The notes below the pieces were generated by a model. The model was given only the letters and a program-made list of their open reading frames with translations, was not told where the DNA came from and made no database searches. DNA of 63,461 nt, filler included, from Octopus bimaculoides (lineage: Eukaryota): assembly GCF_001194135.2 (NCBI RefSeq). It is 10 parts of 9 records of this genome, joined end to end, with 100 filler letters (N's around TTAATTAATTAA, not from the genome) between each part and the next. Parts side by side here need not be neighbours in the genome. Positions count along the whole stretch, not along the records: positions 54,472 to 61,544 come from NC_068982.1; positions 61,645 to 63,461 come from NW_026359143.1; 8 more parts are not named here. The stretch is one strand, 5' to 3'. Of the stretch, positions 59,422 to 63,461 are shown one piece after another (position 1 is the first letter of the stretch; every line of letters begins with the position of its first letter). The position numbers and the translations under genes are program-made.

Positions 59422-61297
59422 TAGTGCTGACTACGAACTTCAGAAATACGACTGAAGCCAAACCTCGAAGTAACGCTCTGCATACTAAATGCAAAAATTA
59501 AATCCACCACCATACTGTACTGTCTGTATTTTCAAAAATTTCACTTATTTGATTTTAGCAGAGTAATCGCCCCACTGTTTTACTTTCACATTTAGGAACG
59601 CCCGAGTTAGTTTCCGATTACAAATTATATGGATTATCTCATTTAATCGAAGCGTGTTAACTCAGCATATTACATGCACAACCATGGTCATTTGCGACAT
59701 CATTCTTTACTTGTCTCTCTCATACTCGTCACTTAGACCATTCTTATTTTTCTTCTTTTTTTTTCTAAGTCAATTTCAGCCCTATCTTTATAACCTGTTT
59801 TATTTATTTATTTTTCTTTTACTTCCTTTTTCTGCTCTTTTGTTATTTTGCTCCATTTCTCCTCTATCATTGACACTCCTAACTCTTCACTTTCTTCTCA
59901 TTTCTCCCGCGTTACCTCGCATTCTTTCCCTGTTGTTCTTACGTTTACTTTAATTATATTTCCCTCACCTCACTCATTAATTCACAGTTAATATTTTAAT
60001 TTCCACCTTACCCATCCCACCTGTCAATTTTCTCTCCTCTGACTTCAGCCTCTTCCTACACTCCAGTTATATTAAAAACCAATGAATTACTGTAAACATA
60101 TTTTACAGATTTCTTTAAAATCCTCAAGTAAAACACTAATCTGAAATTAAATGCAACTAATTCAACTCAGAGCTCTCCTAAAAATCCTAAGGTCTCTGAC
60201 ACACTATAAGTCAAGTGGCATGAATCAGCTCAAACTAGTATTAGCTTAAACTAACAAAAGCAATAGTAACTGATAACAACATCTTTAGCTGTCACCTTTG
60301 CCGTTTGTCTTAATCTTAGCTATTGAAATGAGTTGCAACTGAAAATTGACGATGGCTATTTTTGATAATATTTTTTTTTAATTTTATTTCACTGAAATAT
60401 TTTAGTAAGAATGCTATCAAATCTTTCCGCATCACTTGGAGTTTCACCGCTAGGTTAATCTTGATTTGTTAGCACTGCTTAGTGTCAGTAAACATTATTT
60501 ATTTATTTATTTCACCTATTGCTAAAGTATAATGAGACAACAAACCACTACACACACACACATATGCATTTTCATACACACACACATCTATGGATATATA
60601 CATACATACATACATACATACTTACATACATACATACAACACACACACATATATATAATATAATATGATAAATGAGAAAACTAATTTCTGTGTGTCAGTT
60701 TGTCACACTTTGACCCCCTCTCTCACTATTAAATAGTACTTCTACTGTTGATGATGTTTTATTAAAAGTAGTAGTGCTGATGGTGGCAATGTGAGTAATA
60801 ATAAGAGAGAGAGAAAGAGTGGCTATGTAAGAGAAAGGGGGGACTGAACACTGAATAAATTTTCTTAGTACCACCACCATCGCCACATCTGCTATACACC
60901 ATTCAGATTTCTGACGCCACCACCATCAATACCTTTGACTTCGCTGCCTTCTCTTTCATCACTACTGTCTTTCACATCGCTTACTCTCACCGTCACCCTT
61001 GACCGCCTCGGCTACCACCATCATCATCACCACCACCACCACCATCATCAACGAAGTGTCGTTGTTGGGCCCAACGCTTAATGAGGAGCCCTACGCAGGA
61101 GCTAGCTTATATATATATATAAATATATATGTGTGTGTGTGTGTGTGTGTGTTTATTTTCCCTTACTCCTTTCTGTTGAAGAGCGTAGGCTCGAAACGTA
61201 AAAGACTTTCTGACTTTCACGAGCGTCAAACTAATAGACCTGCCTGTTGTTCATACAACTGCTTGTTTTTCTGTACATTTCAACAATATGTATATAT

Positions 61298-61460
61298 AGG
61301 CGCAGGCGTGGTTTTGTAGTACAAAGCTTGCTTCGCAACCACATGTCCAAGTTGCAGCCCCGTTTCGTAGTACCTTGAGCAAGTGCCTTCTACTATAGCG
61401 CGGAGCAGACCAAAACCTTGTTAGTGGATTTGGTAGACGGAAACTGAAAGAAGCTGGTAG
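61298..61460 (+). mobile_element. SINE family B, head half; an opposite-orientation head fragment lies at about 61690-61780
   Basis: aggcgcaggcgtgg...accttgagcaagtgccttctactatagc...gacggaaactgaaagaagc. Confidence 0.8.
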
Positions 61461-61508
61461 TATATATGTGTGCGTGTGTACGCGCGTGTGTACGCGCGTG
61501 TGTGTATA

Positions 61509-61544
<36 letters not shown>

Positions 61545-62734
61545 NNNNNNNNNNNNNNNNNNNNNNNNNNNNNNNNNNNNNNNNNNNNTTAATTAATTAA
61601 NNNNNNNNNNNNNNNNNNNNNNNNNNNNNNNNNNNNNNNNNNNNTATATATTGGCTAAACTGGCAATATGACCATCCCCAAGTACAACATATATTTGATC
61701 GGCCTGAGGCTATAGCAGAAGGAACTTGCTCAATGTTTCATGCAGTGGGACTGAACGTGGAACCATGTGGTTGGCAATCAAACGACCAACCAAAGAAGTT
61801 CATTTTCTACGTGATAATTAAACCGCTGCTTTACCCCCTCCACCACCACAACCATCACACGACCATTATACCACCGTCCCCTATTATACCAGCAACCCCC
61901 ACCCCCATTCATTTCGGACGTACTCAAAGACCAATAACAAATTCCTGGATAAAAGCACACAAGTATTACGCAACACGATGCACAACAAAAACAACAGCAA
62001 ACGCAACCTGATCCTTCAGCGTGCACAGCAAGAAGGATGACCTTTAGTCAACAAAGGTCAAGAGGTCGTTGCCCAGAGGTGTCAAGACTATAGAAAGTTG
62101 TCATAGACTGCCTTTTCCTCATCTTCTACTATTATGGCTGGTCAGAATCTTAAACAACGATGTTTTTAGCATTAAATACTTAAGACTTTGTTTCCAATAA
62201 CAGAAGATTATGATATTGCCCACACGCCAGAAAATCAAAACCAAATTTTCAAAGTTTCAAATAAAACCCTCTACTATCACATAGACATTGTTGTTTTTCA
62301 CAAGTTGCAAGTGAAACATCATGCCACTTCATGGCATCTTANNNNNNNNNNNNNNNNNNNNNNNNNNNNNNNNNNNNNNNNNNNNNNNNNNNNNNNNNNN
62401 NNNNNNNNNNNNNNNNNNNNNNNNNNNNNNNNNNNNNNNNNNNNNNNNNNNNNNNNNNNNNNNNNNNNNNNNNNNNNNNNNNNNNNNNNNNNNNNNNNNN
62501 NNNNNNNNNNNNNNNNNNNNNNNNNNNNNNNNNNNNNNNNNNNNNNNNNNNNNNNNNNNNNNNNNNNNNNNNNNNNNNNNNNNNNNNNNNNNNNNNNNNN
62601 NNNNNNNNNNNNNNNNNNNNNNNNNNNNNNNNNNNNNNNNNNNNNNNNNNNNNNNNNNNNNNNNNNNNNNNNNNNNNNNNNNNNNNNNNNNNNNNNNNNN
62701 NNNNNNNNNNNNNNNNNNNNNNNNNNNNNNNNCT

Positions 62735-62912
62735 TTCACTTGCATCAGTCATCTGACTGCAGCCATGCTGGAGCACCACCTTTAGTCGAAGAAATCGCCC
62801 CCAGGACTTCTTTTTTAAGCCTATTACTTCTATCGGTATCTTCTGCCGAACCGCTACGTTACGGCGGTATAAACACAGCAACAGTGGTCGTCAATCGGCG
62901 GTGGGTCGGGTA
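62735..62912 (-). mobile_element. SINE family B, 3' half
   Basis: cagtcatctgactgcagccatgctggagcaccacctttagtcga...ccccaggacttc. Confidence 0.8.
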
Positions 62913-63422
62913 ACAAACACGCGCACGCACACACACACACAAACACACACACACACACACACATATATACATATATATATATACATATGTATATATATAT
63001 GTATATATATATATATGCATATATATATATGTGTGTATATATATATATATATATGGCTGCGCATGCGCATGTATATGCATGTGCATGAGCGTGTGCGTGC
63101 GTCAGTTTATAAATTAACGCATGCGTGTGTTTGCCCTTTAATCTAACATACACATCATATATGTCCATTACGAAATGACCATTGAACTTCTGGTCAAGAT
63201 ATTTCAATGAGAATTGGCCTAGGGCTTTGGTCAACATAAGACGCGGTAAACGGACTACAAAGCCTGTGTGTGTGTATGTGTGTGTATGCAGGCACATATG
63301 TATGTATGTGTATGTTTGCATGTATGTGTGTGTTACTATGTATATGTGTATATGTGAACGTATGTATAGGTGCATATATGTATGAATGTATACGTACGCA
63401 TGTGTGGGTAAGCCTATGTATG

Positions 63423-63456
<34 letters not shown>

Positions 63457-63461
63457 TGTAT

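Overview
This is eukaryotic (animal) non-coding DNA from a draft assembly: AT-rich, dense in microsatellites, with about 5 kb of N gaps, including nine 100-bp placeholder gaps of 44 N + TTAATTAATTAA + 44 N. The SINE families and the (TACA)n/(TA)n/(CA)n load point to an octopus genome; this is an inference from repeat content, not a database match. I found no intact protein-coding gene, and nearly all ORF-track entries are translations of microsatellites, SINEs or N runs. The window reads as a long intron or gene desert. It holds many copies of three tRNA-derived SINE families (my labels A, B, C) and other recurring repeats (D, E, F). It also holds decayed autonomous elements: mariner transposase pieces, RTE LINE pieces, a Penelope-type GIY-YIG fragment and an R4/Dong-like restriction-endonuclease 3' end. 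Several TIR elements are present, including an hAT MITE with a perfect 8-bp TSD and two GGATCT-ended elements. The most unusual structures are: (1) an exact 112-bp tandem array built from the 3' part of SINE C; (2) ~90-100 bp palindromic mini-elements whose loop is telomeric repeat; (3) a 1.5-kb long-arm inverted-repeat element with nested SINEs; (4) an R4-like retroelement sitting in (CATA)n; (5) a pre-miRNA-sized perfect hairpin; (6) a few unproven microexon, recursive-splice and enhancer candidates. I see no convincing evidence of a new multi-gene biological system. Repeat boundaries were read by eye and are approximate to about 10-20 bp unless a TIR or TSD is quoted.
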